From sequence record NC_071039.1: a DNA stretch of 64,000 nucleotides; one strand, given 5' to 3'. Each line of letters opens with the position of its first letter. The stretch's first letter is position 1. The position numbers and the translations under genes are program-made. Of the stretch, positions 27,251-36,960 are shown in pieces. Under the pieces are notes generated by a model, which was not told the origin of the DNA, searched no databases, and saw only the letters and a list, made by a program, of their open reading frames with translations.

Positions 27251-27949
27251 ATGGATACATTCATTACATTTTATGGCAGATACTATACAACTTTAGATTA
27301 CGAACTGCAACACAATTGTAATAACGATTGTATAGAAAGCGGCATATGCAGATGTTCTGTAATAACATCCCCTGTAGTGGTATCTATCAATAACTATAAA
27401 GTGTATGATATGGTTGAGGTGTTAGTAAATAAACCCGATTTAAACGGAACACCTAGATGTGTTAGATATATGTATAGTCAAATAGAGCAATATTGTGTAG
27501 AAAGAATCATAACAAAACATAAAATTTTAGACGGTTCACTGTATTATGTAACTGTAGAACGTGGTTATTACGGTGATGAAATAGGTGACATAATCCATGA
27601 AAATGAACAAAATGCAATGGATGATATATTAACGATGATTTCATTAAAAACCGATATAGAAAAACTACATTATGTTTTAATGTTAGAATACGGGTATATT
27701 GCTCCTATAATTTCTGAGTGTAAAAACTTGGCTATTAAAAAAGTATGTATAACTGATATAGTTCCTACTATTGCATATAAAAGTATGGAACCTCAGCATA
27801 CCTATCATTTAGATGTATATGATGATATGATAATGGGTGTGCTAAAGGGAAATAAATTGATAGATGGTAATCATAGATATTCATTTTATATGAATAAAAT
27901 GAAAGATAAAAACAAAGATAACTTTGTATATTATATAGAATTATCTTAA
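27251..27949 (+). CDS. Hypothetical protein with Cys cluster and C-terminal ParB-like motif
   Basis: NCNNDCIESGICRC, ERGYYGDEIGD, LIDGNHR. Confidence 0.7.
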   Translation: MDTFITFYGRYYTTLDYELQHNCNNDCIESGICRCSVITSPVVVSINNYKVYDMVEVLVNKPDLNGTPRCVRYMYSQIEQYCVERIITKHKILDGSLYYVTVERGYYGDEIGDIIHENEQNAMDDILTMISLKTDIEKLHYVLMLEYGYIAPIISECKNLAIKKVCITDIVPTIAYKSMEPQHTYHLDVYDDMIMGVLKGNKLIDGNHRYSFYMNKMKDKNKDNFVYYIELS

Positions 27950-27957
27950 AGGTATAT

Positions 27958-28263
27958 ATGAAAACAATAGGCGTTGATTATGATGACACTATATCACAAG
28001 ATGATAACGGATGGTTATCTGTATTACTTGCACTTGAGCATATTGGATACAGGGTTGTTATTGTTACTTACCGTAATCCTACCTGCTATCCAGAAGATCT
28101 TCAATTTTTAATAGATAAAGGATATAAGGTATACTTTACAAGTCAACATGCTAAAAGAACGTATATGGAAAATCTTGGCATAGATATAGATATTTGGATA
28201 GACGATAGTCCCGAATCTATATTATATAATTATGATTCATATTTAGGTAAGTATATAAAATAA
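27958..28263 (+). CDS. Small HAD-superfamily phosphatase-like protein
   Basis: GVDYDDT (DxD), VTYR, WIDDSP. Confidence 0.75.
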   Translation: MKTIGVDYDDTISQDDNGWLSVLLALEHIGYRVVIVTYRNPTCYPEDLQFLIDKGYKVYFTSQHAKRTYMENLGIDIDIWIDDSPESILYNYDSYLGKYIK

Positions 28264-28289
28264 AAAAGGAGCATAATGCTCCTTTTTTA
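28263..28289 (+). terminator. Intrinsic terminator
   Basis: AAAAAAGGAGCA-TAA-TGCTCCTTTTTT. Confidence 0.8.
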
Positions 28290-28291
28290 TT

Positions 28292-28299
28292 GATAAATA
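28292..28299 (+). promoter_or_regulatory. Late promoter motif GATAAATA
   Basis: Immediately after terminator, upstream of fibre gene. Confidence 0.65.
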
Positions 28300-28323
28300 T
28301 ATGCATCTTAAGGAATAAGGTGT

Positions 28324-31300
28324 ATGTCGAGTAAAATTAAATTCACGGATCAATATATCCTATCTAGTGTTGGGCAAACTTCTAATAATATAGTATATTT
28401 GCAAGTAAATGATGATCAGCAATTAGTTGTTACTCATCCTATGTATGCAACTGAATGGTCTACATTAGGTGGGCTTAGAGTAACAGGTGATCAGTCTAAA
28501 TTTGATGGATCATTAGAAGTTGGTTATGAATTGCTAGTAGGACAAACATCTACCTTTAACAACGACATGGTAGTAAACGGTTTAGTTACAGTAAACAGAG
28601 ATTCTCTAGATGCAATGCTCATTCATGGGAATGTTACATTACATGGCAACTTAACTGTAGTAGGTAGCAGCTCAGGGACTACACCCGGGCAAGTAACTAT
28701 TTCCGACAACATTATGGTTGTGAATACAGATGACGTAGGTCCGGGCGTCACTGCAACATATTCTGGCTTTGAAGTCCAGCGTGGAATTCCCGTAGGCGAA
28801 ACTAATAGTCACGGTGAACCCGGCCAAGGTAAATTGCCTTCTGCTGGATTAGTTTGGAATGAAGTGCAAAAATCCTGGGATCTTAATTATAACCCTATTC
28901 TTTCTGAAAAATTACCACAAAATCCTAGAATAATTAACTTAGGGCAGCCAGTTGCTGACAACGATGCTTCTACAAAAAAATATGTTAATGATAGCATAAC
29001 TGCTGCACTCGATGATGATATTTATTTAGATAGACTTACTGATGTAACAATTTCTTCTCCGGCTAATAAAAATATACTACAGTACGATTCTTCTACATCG
29101 CAATGGAGAAATTTACCATATTCGTTTATACGATTAACGGATGTAACTGGTGTATCTGTCCCGAGAGGATATGTGAGATGGAATGCAGCAGGAACACAGT
29201 TAGTATATGAAACCACTATAGATTATGCACAATTAACTGGATTGTCTGATGTAGCTAAAGCAGGACAAGGGGCTCTAAGTTTTCTTAGTGATGTAACATT
29301 ATCATCGTTGTCTAATACACAGGCATTATTTTATAATGGAACCTCTTGGGTTAACAGACTAATTAATTACTCTGACATTCAAAATACTCCTACTAACAAT
29401 TCGTATAGTTTTATTGGATTAAATGATACTAATGATACAGTTGTTAATAACGGATATGTGAGATGGAATGCAGCAGGAACACAGTTAGTATATGAAACCA
29501 CTATAGATTATGCACAATTAACTGGATTGTCTGATGTAGCTAAAGCAGGTCAAGGATCGTTAGATTATTTAACAGATGTTAGTATAGGAACTGCTAGCTC
29601 CGGTAATGTACTAAGATATAACGGAACTGATTGGGTAAACCAAGTATTATCATATACTGATCTTTCTAATACCCCTACTAACAATTCGTATAGTTTTATT
29701 GGGTTAAATGATACTAATGATACTGCACTTTCGGGTGGTTATTTACGATGGAATCCCACCGGAACACAGATAGTATATCAATCCACTATAGATTATGCAC
29801 AGTTAACTGGGTTATCTTCTGTTGCTAAAGCAGGTCAAGGGGCTCTAAGTTTTCTTAGTGATGTAACTATATCGTCACCTGGCGCTAGTAATACATTGCG
29901 ATACGATACTACTTCATCTAAATGGGTAAACACTAGACTTGCTTATTCCGATTTAACAGGTCAACCAACCTCTGCTAATTATCAACTAGTTGGGTTAAGT
30001 GATACTGCAAGCACATCTGTACCATTGGGATATCTTAGATGGAACGCCGCTGGAACTCAAGTAACATATGCTACTACGATAGATATATCAGTTATATCTG
30101 GTAAATCTACTGTAGCTTCTGCTGGTTCAGCAACACTATCTAATCTAGAAGATGCTGCTGTTACAACGCCTGCTGCTGGGAATACTTTAATATGGAATGC
30201 GTCTACAAATAAATGGACAAACGGAATATTAGATGTATCTAATATTACTAATGCTGTACCTGTTAGTAGAACAGTATCTGCAGGAACTGGATTATCTGGC
30301 GGAGGAAATTTATCTAGTAATATTACGTTGTCGGTTAATAGAACATTAACCGATACATGGTATGCTGCTGCATCACATACTCATGATGCATCTAATATTA
30401 CGTCTGGTGTTATTGCGAATGCTAGACTGCCAGTTGGAAGCACAACAGCACAAGGTATTTTACAGTTAACAGATGGTGTTGCTAGCACATCTACAACTAC
30501 TGCCGCTACACCCAATTCGGTGAAAACTGCATATGACTTAGCAACGACAAAAGCTAATATATCACATACTCATGATGCATCTAATATTACTACTGGTACT
30601 ATTGCTGTAGCCAGACTTCCGGTTTCGTCTACTACTGCACAAGGTATAGTTCAGCTTACTGACGGTGTTGCCAGCACATCTACAACTACTGCTGCTACGC
30701 CTAATTCAGTAAAAACTGCATATGATTTGGCAACGACAAAAGCTAATGCTTCTCACACCCATGATGCATCTAATATTACGTCTGGTGTTATTGCGAATGC
30801 TAGATTACCGTTTGCCTCAACTACTGTATATGGTATAGTAACTCTGTTAGATTCAGTTGCCAGTACATCTATATCTACTGCTGCTACACCTAATTCAGTA
30901 AAAACTGCATATGATTTAGCAACGACAAAAGCTAATATATCACATACACATACTCCTGCTCAAGTAGGTTTATCGAATATTTCTAATAACGGAAATACTA
31001 TAACGGGAAATACAACTATATCTGGTGCATTGTCGGTAACAGGAAATGCTGTTTTTAATACATCTGATATAAAATTAAAAGATAATATACAGCCTATTAA
31101 AAATCCAGTAGAACTTCTTAGCAAAATTTCAGGATATACTTATACTAGAAATGATTGTAATAACGAAAAACAAACCGGTATTATTGCGCAGGAAGTTGAA
31201 ACGATACAACCTGAAAGTGTAAGAGAGATAGACGGTATAAAAACTGTAAACCATAATGGAATAATTGCACTGTTAGTTAGTGCAGTTAATGAACTTTCTA

Positions 31301-31350
31301 AAGAAATAGAAGAATTAAAACAACAACTTTCTTACAAAAAAAGGGACTAA
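28324..31350 (+). CDS. Tail fibre / spike protein with internal repeats and C-terminal S74-type intramolecular chaperone
   Basis: STTAQGIVQLTD..STSTTTAATPNSVKTAYDLA fibre repeats; SDIKLKDNIQPI...GYTY...GIIAQEVE...AVNELS chaperone motif. Confidence 0.85.
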   Translation: MSSKIKFTDQYILSSVGQTSNNIVYLQVNDDQQLVVTHPMYATEWSTLGGLRVTGDQSKFDGSLEVGYELLVGQTSTFNNDMVVNGLVTVNRDSLDAMLIHGNVTLHGNLTVVGSSSGTTPGQVTISDNIMVVNTDDVGPGVTATYSGFEVQRGIPVGETNSHGEPGQGKLPSAGLVWNEVQKSWDLNYNPILSEKLPQNPRIINLGQPVADNDASTKKYVNDSITAALDDDIYLDRLTDVTISSPANKNILQYDSSTSQWRNLPYSFIRLTDVTGVSVPRGYVRWNAAGTQLVYETTIDYAQLTGLSDVAKAGQGALSFLSDVTLSSLSNTQALFYNGTSWVNRLINYSDIQNTPTNNSYSFIGLNDTNDTVVNNGYVRWNAAGTQLVYETTIDYAQLTGLSDVAKAGQGSLDYLTDVSIGTASSGNVLRYNGTDWVNQVLSYTDLSNTPTNNSYSFIGLNDTNDTALSGGYLRWNPTGTQIVYQSTIDYAQLTGLSSVAKAGQGALSFLSDVTISSPGASNTLRYDTTSSKWVNTRLAYSDLTGQPTSANYQLVGLSDTASTSVPLGYLRWNAAGTQVTYATTIDISVISGKSTVASAGSATLSNLEDAAVTTPAAGNTLIWNASTNKWTNGILDVSNITNAVPVSRTVSAGTGLSGGGNLSSNITLSVNRTLTDTWYAAASHTHDASNITSGVIANARLPVGSTTAQGILQLTDGVASTSTTTAATPNSVKTAYDLATTKANISHTHDASNITTGTIAVARLPVSSTTAQGIVQLTDGVASTSTTTAATPNSVKTAYDLATTKANASHTHDASNITSGVIANARLPFASTTVYGIVTLLDSVASTSISTAATPNSVKTAYDLATTKANISHTHTPAQVGLSNISNNGNTITGNTTISGALSVTGNAVFNTSDIKLKDNIQPIKNPVELLSKISGYTYTRNDCNNEKQTGIIAQEVETIQPESVREIDGIKTVNHNGIIALLVSAVNELSKEIEELKQQLSYKKRD
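29167..30100 (+). repeat. ~285-bp (95-aa) tandem unit, about 4 copies
   Basis: 98 bp identical at 29167-29264 and 29452-29549; degenerate copies at 29737 and ~30028. Confidence 0.9.
30373..30950 (+). repeat. 189-bp (63-aa) tandem unit, 3 copies plus partial
   Basis: SHTHDASNIT unit starts at 30373, 30562 and 30751; partial SHTH at 30940. Confidence 0.9.
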
Positions 31351-31366
31351 CCTAAGTCCCTTTTTT
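31336..31366. terminator. Bidirectional terminator
   Basis: A7-GGGACT-AACCTA-AGTCCC-T6 containing both convergent stop codons. Confidence 0.8.
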
Positions 31367-31955
31367 CTGAAATTCCTAATAGCATTAAGCTAAAATCATT
31401 TAAGCAGTATTCTAGTTTATCTCTTATTTTATTTAATTCTTTTATATTTTTATTAAAATATTTGTAATCTTTATTATATTTTGATTTAAAAACACATATT
31501 TTGTTTAAATCGCAGTTTATATCTGAAATTACAGATAATAAAAAATATTCTGTATAGAATGTAGATATAATCCATGATGTTTTTAGAGTAACTAAATCAG
31601 ATAACAATGCTGCCTGTAACTCTTGATGTATACTATAAACGGGATTTATATTCTTTTTATAATTAGCAAGTATGGCAGGGTATTTATATTTAGATGTTTC
31701 TGTTTCTAACGTGTTGTATAATGTACATAATTCTGAATCGAATTTTATGGTTTCGTTATAATAATTTAACGCAATTTTAGTTGCTATATCTAATTCTAAT
31801 TTTTTATATAATTCTTTTGTGCAAAGATTTTTTATATTAGAATTAATACCTTTATTATTATATAATTCTTTGTTTATTATACCGGTTTTATTATATATGT
31901 TTAAATATTTTTTATATTTAAATTCAATTAAATTAGTTACTTCATTGTGTACCAT
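31347..31955 (-). CDS. Hypothetical protein (202 aa)
   Basis: Long ORF in operon downstream of NUDIX. Confidence 0.65.
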   Translation of the reverse strand: MVHNEVTNLIEFKYKKYLNIYNKTGIINKELYNNKGINSNIKNLCTKELYKKLELDIATKIALNYYNETIKFDSELCTLYNTLETETSKYKYPAILANYKKNINPVYSIHQELQAALLSDLVTLKTSWIISTFYTEYFLLSVISDINCDLNKICVFKSKYNKDYKYFNKNIKELNKIRDKLEYCLNDFSLMLLGISEKRDLG

Positions 31956-31957
31956 TT

Positions 31958-32449
31958 TTATACTTCTTTATGGTTTGACAATATTAATTTAAGTTTATCG
32001 ATACTTTTAGCAGATTTAAAACTTTGCTTTGCACCATAGTGCATAGGATTCGGCCAAGTACCTAATGAAACCCAAGCATATCCTGACGATTCCGAATTAA
32101 GTATAGGAATGAATTCGTCTTCTACAACACAAACAAAACTGTAATATCTAAAATTTTTATCTTTACTTTCGTAAATATCAAACGGATAAATTTTATCTAT
32201 ATTGGGTACAAAACCCATTTCTTCTTGAAGTTCTCTTAGAAGTCCATCCTTCGGTAATTCGTTATTTTCTAACATACCTCCCCATAAACTCCATGTAAGA
32301 CTGTATGTCTTGTGTTCTGCACGCAAATTATATAGAATTCTATTAGTTTTGCATGAAATAAAAAGAGTCCCTACAGCTATCTTTTTAGCTAATTGAGCAG
32401 ATGTTATCGACGCGCCAATATCCTGCTTTATAATCCCCTGCGTATCCAT
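31958..32449 (-). CDS. NUDIX hydrolase (start probably ATG 32449 rather than 32506)
   Basis: Nudix box GGMLENNELPKDGLLRELQEEMG; LNSESSGYAW. Confidence 0.85.
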   Translation of the reverse strand: MDTQGIIKQDIGASITSAQLAKKIAVGTLFISCKTNRILYNLRAEHKTYSLTWSLWGGMLENNELPKDGLLRELQEEMGFVPNIDKIYPFDIYESKDKNFRYYSFVCVVEDEFIPILNSESSGYAWVSLGTWPNPMHYGAKQSFKSAKSIDKLKLILSNHKEV

Positions 32450-33755
32450 ATTGCCATTCTCTATCTTTAAATTTGTATAATTCTTTATCGTATAAATTTC
32501 TAACATACACAGGATTATTATTTGTTACTCTTGCATTAAATGTAACTACCCATTGTGTTCCTGTATATTCTATTATATCAGAATCGTATGCAACAAAACT
32601 ATTACCCCATGGGTATGAATTTTTTATTGCAGGTTCTTCTCCTTTAGTTAACGAATTTAGTACCATATATCTTTGGCCTATTTGTGCTTCCGGTAATTTA
32701 TTTCCAGGAAACATTTTAGATGGATCTATAATTCTATTTATAGGCGGAATAGTAGCAGAAGGCAAAGTTTCGTCTATTGGGGTAAATGTAGTTGTATTTG
32801 TAGACGAAGGTTCTATATATCCTATTATTTCTATATCGGGATTATCTATATTTCCTTGAATGAGTTTAACTGTAGTAACATTTTGTTCAACTGAACCGTA
32901 TATATTAAGTAATTTGTCCCATGAATCTGATGATACATCTCCGTATGTATTAAGTAATGTTAGTTTGTTATCAATTACTCTTAGACCATAGTTTCCGGGT
33001 GTTACACATAACTGTTCTTTAACTGTACCGGGAGTTACATTAAAGAAATCGGTCGTACTTTTTATATCAGAAAAACTATCTGTATAAATGTTACTTATGA
33101 TTGTATTGATTATCTTTTGTTTTTTAACTTTAGCCGGCGGATTTATATATACAATCATTTGAAATATAAGAGACGATATATCGTAGTCAGTAGATGTTCC
33201 TACAGGTATAGTCCTGTTAGACCATTGTGTTTCTTTTAATTCTAATTCAAATATTCTAGACCAATCTAAGGGGTTTTGATTTTGTTCTAGCTGTATACTA
33301 GGGTTAAATAATACTAATATTTGTTCTAAAATTTGTAATTTATTATCTGTATTAGAAGTCAATATATCTAATCGTGTTGTTAGTTTATAAGGCACAGGCA
33401 TATATGCTTCAACTGTGTATCTATTTCCGGGTTTGTTAATATAACTACCATTTGCATCTGTAGCTAATTCCGTAACATTAGATACTTTTACCCCTTGTGT
33501 ATCAACCCGATAATCTGGTGCTAAATCTAAACCAGTGATATAACCTGCCATAATAGGCACAGGTATTACTGTATTTTGATTATTTCCGTTAATAATAGAT
33601 GCAACTTGTCTAGACATATCTCCGTATATAACTGGGACTCTTTTTTGAATAGATACGCCGTTATCGTCGGGTGCAGTTCTTATGTTTATATCTGAAAAAA
33701 CTCGTAGAAACTGTAAAAGATATCGTCTTAACTGCTCGTCGTAAAAATAGTTCAT
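32385..33755 (-). CDS. gp15: Tail sheath stabiliser / terminator gp15-like with C-terminal extension
   Basis: YFYDEQLRRYLLQF...RVPVIYGD...MPVPYKL...KLQILEQILVLFNPS; downstream of gp14. Confidence 0.8.
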   Translation of the reverse strand: MNYFYDEQLRRYLLQFLRVFSDINIRTAPDDNGVSIQKRVPVIYGDMSRQVASIINGNNQNTVIPVPIMAGYITGLDLAPDYRVDTQGVKVSNVTELATDANGSYINKPGNRYTVEAYMPVPYKLTTRLDILTSNTDNKLQILEQILVLFNPSIQLEQNQNPLDWSRIFELELKETQWSNRTIPVGTSTDYDISSLIFQMIVYINPPAKVKKQKIINTIISNIYTDSFSDIKSTTDFFNVTPGTVKEQLCVTPGNYGLRVIDNKLTLLNTYGDVSSDSWDKLLNIYGSVEQNVTTVKLIQGNIDNPDIEIIGYIEPSSTNTTTFTPIDETLPSATIPPINRIIDPSKMFPGNKLPEAQIGQRYMVLNSLTKGEEPAIKNSYPWGNSFVAYDSDIIEYTGTQWVVTFNARVTNNNPVYVRNLYDKELYKFKDREWQYGYAGDYKAGYWRVDNICSIS

Positions 33756-34846
33756 TATTTTTTACCGTATATTTCGTTGAGTTTATCTTCGTTTAGATTT
33801 ACTCTGGCTTTTACCGCTTTAGATAATGCTTGTTTTTCTGGTGCTGTAGTACAATCATTATTTGTAACAATGTTTGTGTTATCAATGAATGTATCTAATA
33901 GCATATTTACAGGAGTCCATTTTCTCCTAGCATCATCTTCTATTTTTATATAGCGATTTCCTACTTTTCTAAATAATCTGTCTGGCTTGAAGTCTGTTCT
34001 TAAAAAGAATTCTCCCTCTTGCATATCATCTGGAAATTCTGTACCAGACCCTTTTAGTTTGTATGCATTTGGCGGCACACCAGTTCCAGTCCATAATAAT
34101 AATTCGAACGAACCGTCTTCTTTTTCTGCCATCCAGAGATGTGCAGCATCCGCCCACGTGGGATCGAACATAACATTTTTTCTTGCTTCTTCTATTATAC
34201 CATCTGTTATGTCCTGATATTTGTCGTCGTTTGTTATAGGGCATTTATTATCATCATAACATCCGGCAGGACCTATTTCTTCTCCGTCGGGACCTATTGC
34301 TGTTCCGTCTGTTCCTATAATATCTTCGTATTCTTGACCGCCTTTTAGTTGTTGAGCTTTTACTCTCCATAAATGAGACCACCAGCCTGGACCATATCCT
34401 TCTGCAGAATGAGTAGCATCTTGAATTACATAATATCTATTTAATATAGGATCGTTGATATCTAATGTATCGGGATCTCTTAAATGCGGTAATTCCAATA
34501 CATCACCGGACATTAATTTTCTACCTATTTGATTTAGCATAGAATTATAATGAAATGTTATGAAAATGGTATCGTTTGTTAAAAATATACCGAACTGTGA
34601 TAAATCGAATTCAGAATTTTGCGGCTGATAACACCCCCTTAAGTCAAACAAACTACTATCATATTTTCTATTTCTATTTTCTAAAAATAAAATATCTTCT
34701 ATTGTAGTTTCGTCGCCTTTACCTGTCCCTACATATTTGTGAACTATAATTCCAGTACCGCCCATTTCGACAAAATCTTTTACAGTTCTGTCTACGAAAC
34801 TATAGTCTTTTCCTTTGTTAGGATTCCAAAGTGATAACCGTGCCAT
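33755..34846 (-). CDS. gp14: Neck / head-closure protein gp14-like
   Basis: LFLENRNRKYD...EFDLSQFGIFL..DTIFITFHY...GRKLMSGDVLELPHL. Confidence 0.75.
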   Translation of the reverse strand: MARLSLWNPNKGKDYSFVDRTVKDFVEMGGTGIIVHKYVGTGKGDETTIEDILFLENRNRKYDSSLFDLRGCYQPQNSEFDLSQFGIFLTNDTIFITFHYNSMLNQIGRKLMSGDVLELPHLRDPDTLDINDPILNRYYVIQDATHSAEGYGPGWWSHLWRVKAQQLKGGQEYEDIIGTDGTAIGPDGEEIGPAGCYDDNKCPITNDDKYQDITDGIIEEARKNVMFDPTWADAAHLWMAEKEDGSFELLLWTGTGVPPNAYKLKGSGTEFPDDMQEGEFFLRTDFKPDRLFRKVGNRYIKIEDDARRKWTPVNMLLDTFIDNTNIVTNNDCTTAPEKQALSKAVKARVNLNEDKLNEIYGKK

Positions 34847-34865
34847 ATAAACTCCTAGTTATAGG

Positions 34866-34873
34866 TATTTATC
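34866..34873 (-). promoter_or_regulatory. Late promoter motif GATAAATA for gp14-gp15
   Basis: 20 nt upstream of start at 34846. Confidence 0.65.
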
Positions 34874-34900
34874 TGATAAAATAAACAAAAATATCTCAAT

Positions 34901-34928
34901 AAAAAAGCAACCTTAGGTTGCTTTTTTT
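34901..34928 (-). terminator. Terminator of fibre operon
   Basis: AAAAAAGCAACC-TTA-GGTTGCTTTTTT; stop codon forms the loop. Confidence 0.75.
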
Positions 34929-35410
34929 TCTCTTTGCTTTTTTCTTAAATCGTTGTATTTTTTTTCATAATTAACCGATAGTTCGGGGAATTCTATTTTT
35001 AATAAATCTTGTGCTTTTTTTATTTTAGAAAAATCTATTTTTTCTGGTAAGTCTCGTAAAATATCTTTATCTTTTTCTATAATAGATAATATATCGGGGT
35101 TAGTTATATACTTAACTGCTTCTCTGTCGAGGGAAGCTAAAACCATATTTCTTTCAGTTCTTATATTTTTTAATGTTTTATTTGCAGCAGAATCTAAATC
35201 TATCACTACTTTAGTTGGGTTTTGTATTTTATCAAATTTTAATGAATCGAAAAATTGCTGTTCTAATGTGTCGGGAAGTTTATCGTATATAACATATTGG
35301 GTATTTTCGTTAAATATACCTAGCGTATATAATTCTTCTGTAGATTTGTCTGTTATTAATTTAGCAACCCTTGTTTCGTCGATAGGGTTTGTATAAAAGA
35401 TGGTTTTCAT
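34913..35410 (-). CDS. Putative tail fibre assembly chaperone
   Basis: IRTERNMVLASLD...KDILRDLPE pattern; directly after three fibre genes. Confidence 0.55.
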   Translation of the reverse strand: MKTIFYTNPIDETRVAKLITDKSTEELYTLGIFNENTQYVIYDKLPDTLEQQFFDSLKFDKIQNPTKVVIDLDSAANKTLKNIRTERNMVLASLDREAVKYITNPDILSIIEKDKDILRDLPEKIDFSKIKKAQDLLKIEFPELSVNYEKKYNDLRKKQREKKAT

Positions 35411-35423
35411 GTGTATCTATCCT

Positions 35424-36959
35424 TTAGTAGTATATTACAAGTGAGAAGAACGGTGCATCGAAATAATCTTCGCCGAATCTGTTAGTCCAACCCGATGGAT
35501 TGTAATTTATTATGTGATCTGCTTTTGTTATTTTACAGTTAACATCAAAATATGTGGTAGTTTTTGTTGTTACCCATTGTTCAGTTATATTTAGTTGATT
35601 ATTCCATACCATTGCATCGGCGTTTCCTAATACAACTACATAATTTGTATCTGGCGCAGGCACAGATAGATATACTCTATATCGACCCGATGCTAATTTA
35701 CTAACTGTTAAATTCCAGGAATCTAGTCTACTGCCAGTAGGACCGGACCAAGATATCCATCCTTTTGATTTTTTTATTAAAGTGTTATATCCGGCCCATT
35801 CATTTAATGCTTGCGCCGGAGTAAATCTCATAGTATTGTTTGAATTACTTCTTACAAAACCTATTTTGCTATTTCTAGTAAATTGATCACTAGTATTGTT
35901 GCCCGTAGATCTTAACAATCTACCAGTGATGGCACCTGAGGAATCTCGCTCTACTACAGTGCCCGGAGTAGCAAGTGTAGAGTTTATTCTACCGTCTAAT
36001 GCAGCAGAATCTGATGCTTTACCGTTAACAGGAAGAGCCCCTATTTGTGCAGGCGTCGGTCTATATCCCAAATGAAATACTTGATTATTGCCAATGTATA
36101 GTTGATTTGGAGATAATCTATATTGTAATGCCAGAACAGGAGCTGTATTAAGTGAGCCTCTATTATACAGTTTAATAAAAACAGATGATGTACTAAGAGT
36201 AGTATTATTTAATTCTAATATAGTAGCTGATGAATTGTTAGTAGCTATTGTATTATTAATAGATAGACCGTTAGAAATACCTCTAGATTCTAAGTATGAT
36301 TTTCCTGATCTAAACGACATTAATCCGTCAGATGGTGTTACATTAATGGCTGCATTTGCTACAGGAGCAGCAACCTTCATAAATTTTGCAGCAGGTATTC
36401 CGTTTAAATTATTCGAGTTTGCTGCTTTATCTGTTTTCTTTAGAAATAAAGCATCTGCTTCTGCTTTAGTGTAGGTAACATCCTTACCGAAAACACCTAA
36501 ATTTGTTCTAGCAGAACTTGCGTTCAGTACGTCTGCAAAATTTTTAGATATATCAAATATAGGGTAATTTTCTAATTTATCTAGTTTTACTGAATATTTG
36601 TCTACTAAGTGAGGGTTATTATAGTTAGTAATATGAGCCCATACTGCATCTTCTTCGAATTTAGTAATAGGAACCCAGTTATTTATATTTGTACTATCTA
36701 ATCCATTTGGTCCGGGGAATATGTACATTTGCCTTGTATTTTCTTTCCACCATAACTGCCCTGTTACGGCAGATACCGGTGGAAGATGATATGAGAAATT
36801 ATTTAATATATTAATTAAATTCTCACCAACATCTTGTACATATGATTTTACATAAGTTCCTGTAAATACTAATGAAGTTTCTGTATTTTTTTTTAAATCT
36901 CTGACTAAATAACCGCCGTCGATTAATCTATATCGATAATGTTTTACTCTGTAATTCAT
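35424..36959 (-). CDS. Tail fibre-like structural protein (paralog 3)
   Basis: NF....P.....GQLW N-terminus, HxxxxxNPH motif, GYRPTPAQIGAL, C-terminal KGWISWSG..KLASGRYR. Confidence 0.7.
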   Translation of the reverse strand: MNYRVKHYRYRLIDGGYLVRDLKKNTETSLVFTGTYVKSYVQDVGENLINILNNFSYHLPPVSAVTGQLWWKENTRQMYIFPGPNGLDSTNINNWVPITKFEEDAVWAHITNYNNPHLVDKYSVKLDKLENYPIFDISKNFADVLNASSARTNLGVFGKDVTYTKAEADALFLKKTDKAANSNNLNGIPAAKFMKVAAPVANAAINVTPSDGLMSFRSGKSYLESRGISNGLSINNTIATNNSSATILELNNTTLSTSSVFIKLYNRGSLNTAPVLALQYRLSPNQLYIGNNQVFHLGYRPTPAQIGALPVNGKASDSAALDGRINSTLATPGTVVERDSSGAITGRLLRSTGNNTSDQFTRNSKIGFVRSNSNNTMRFTPAQALNEWAGYNTLIKKSKGWISWSGPTGSRLDSWNLTVSKLASGRYRVYLSVPAPDTNYVVVLGNADAMVWNNQLNITEQWVTTKTTTYFDVNCKITKADHIINYNPSGWTNRFGEDYFDAPFFSLVIYY

Positions 36960-36960
36960 A

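Noticed and set aside
29167-30950. CRISPR-like or DGR template/variable repeats
   Set aside because: Repeats are in-frame protein repeats without spacers; no A-specific mismatch pattern noticed and no RT in window
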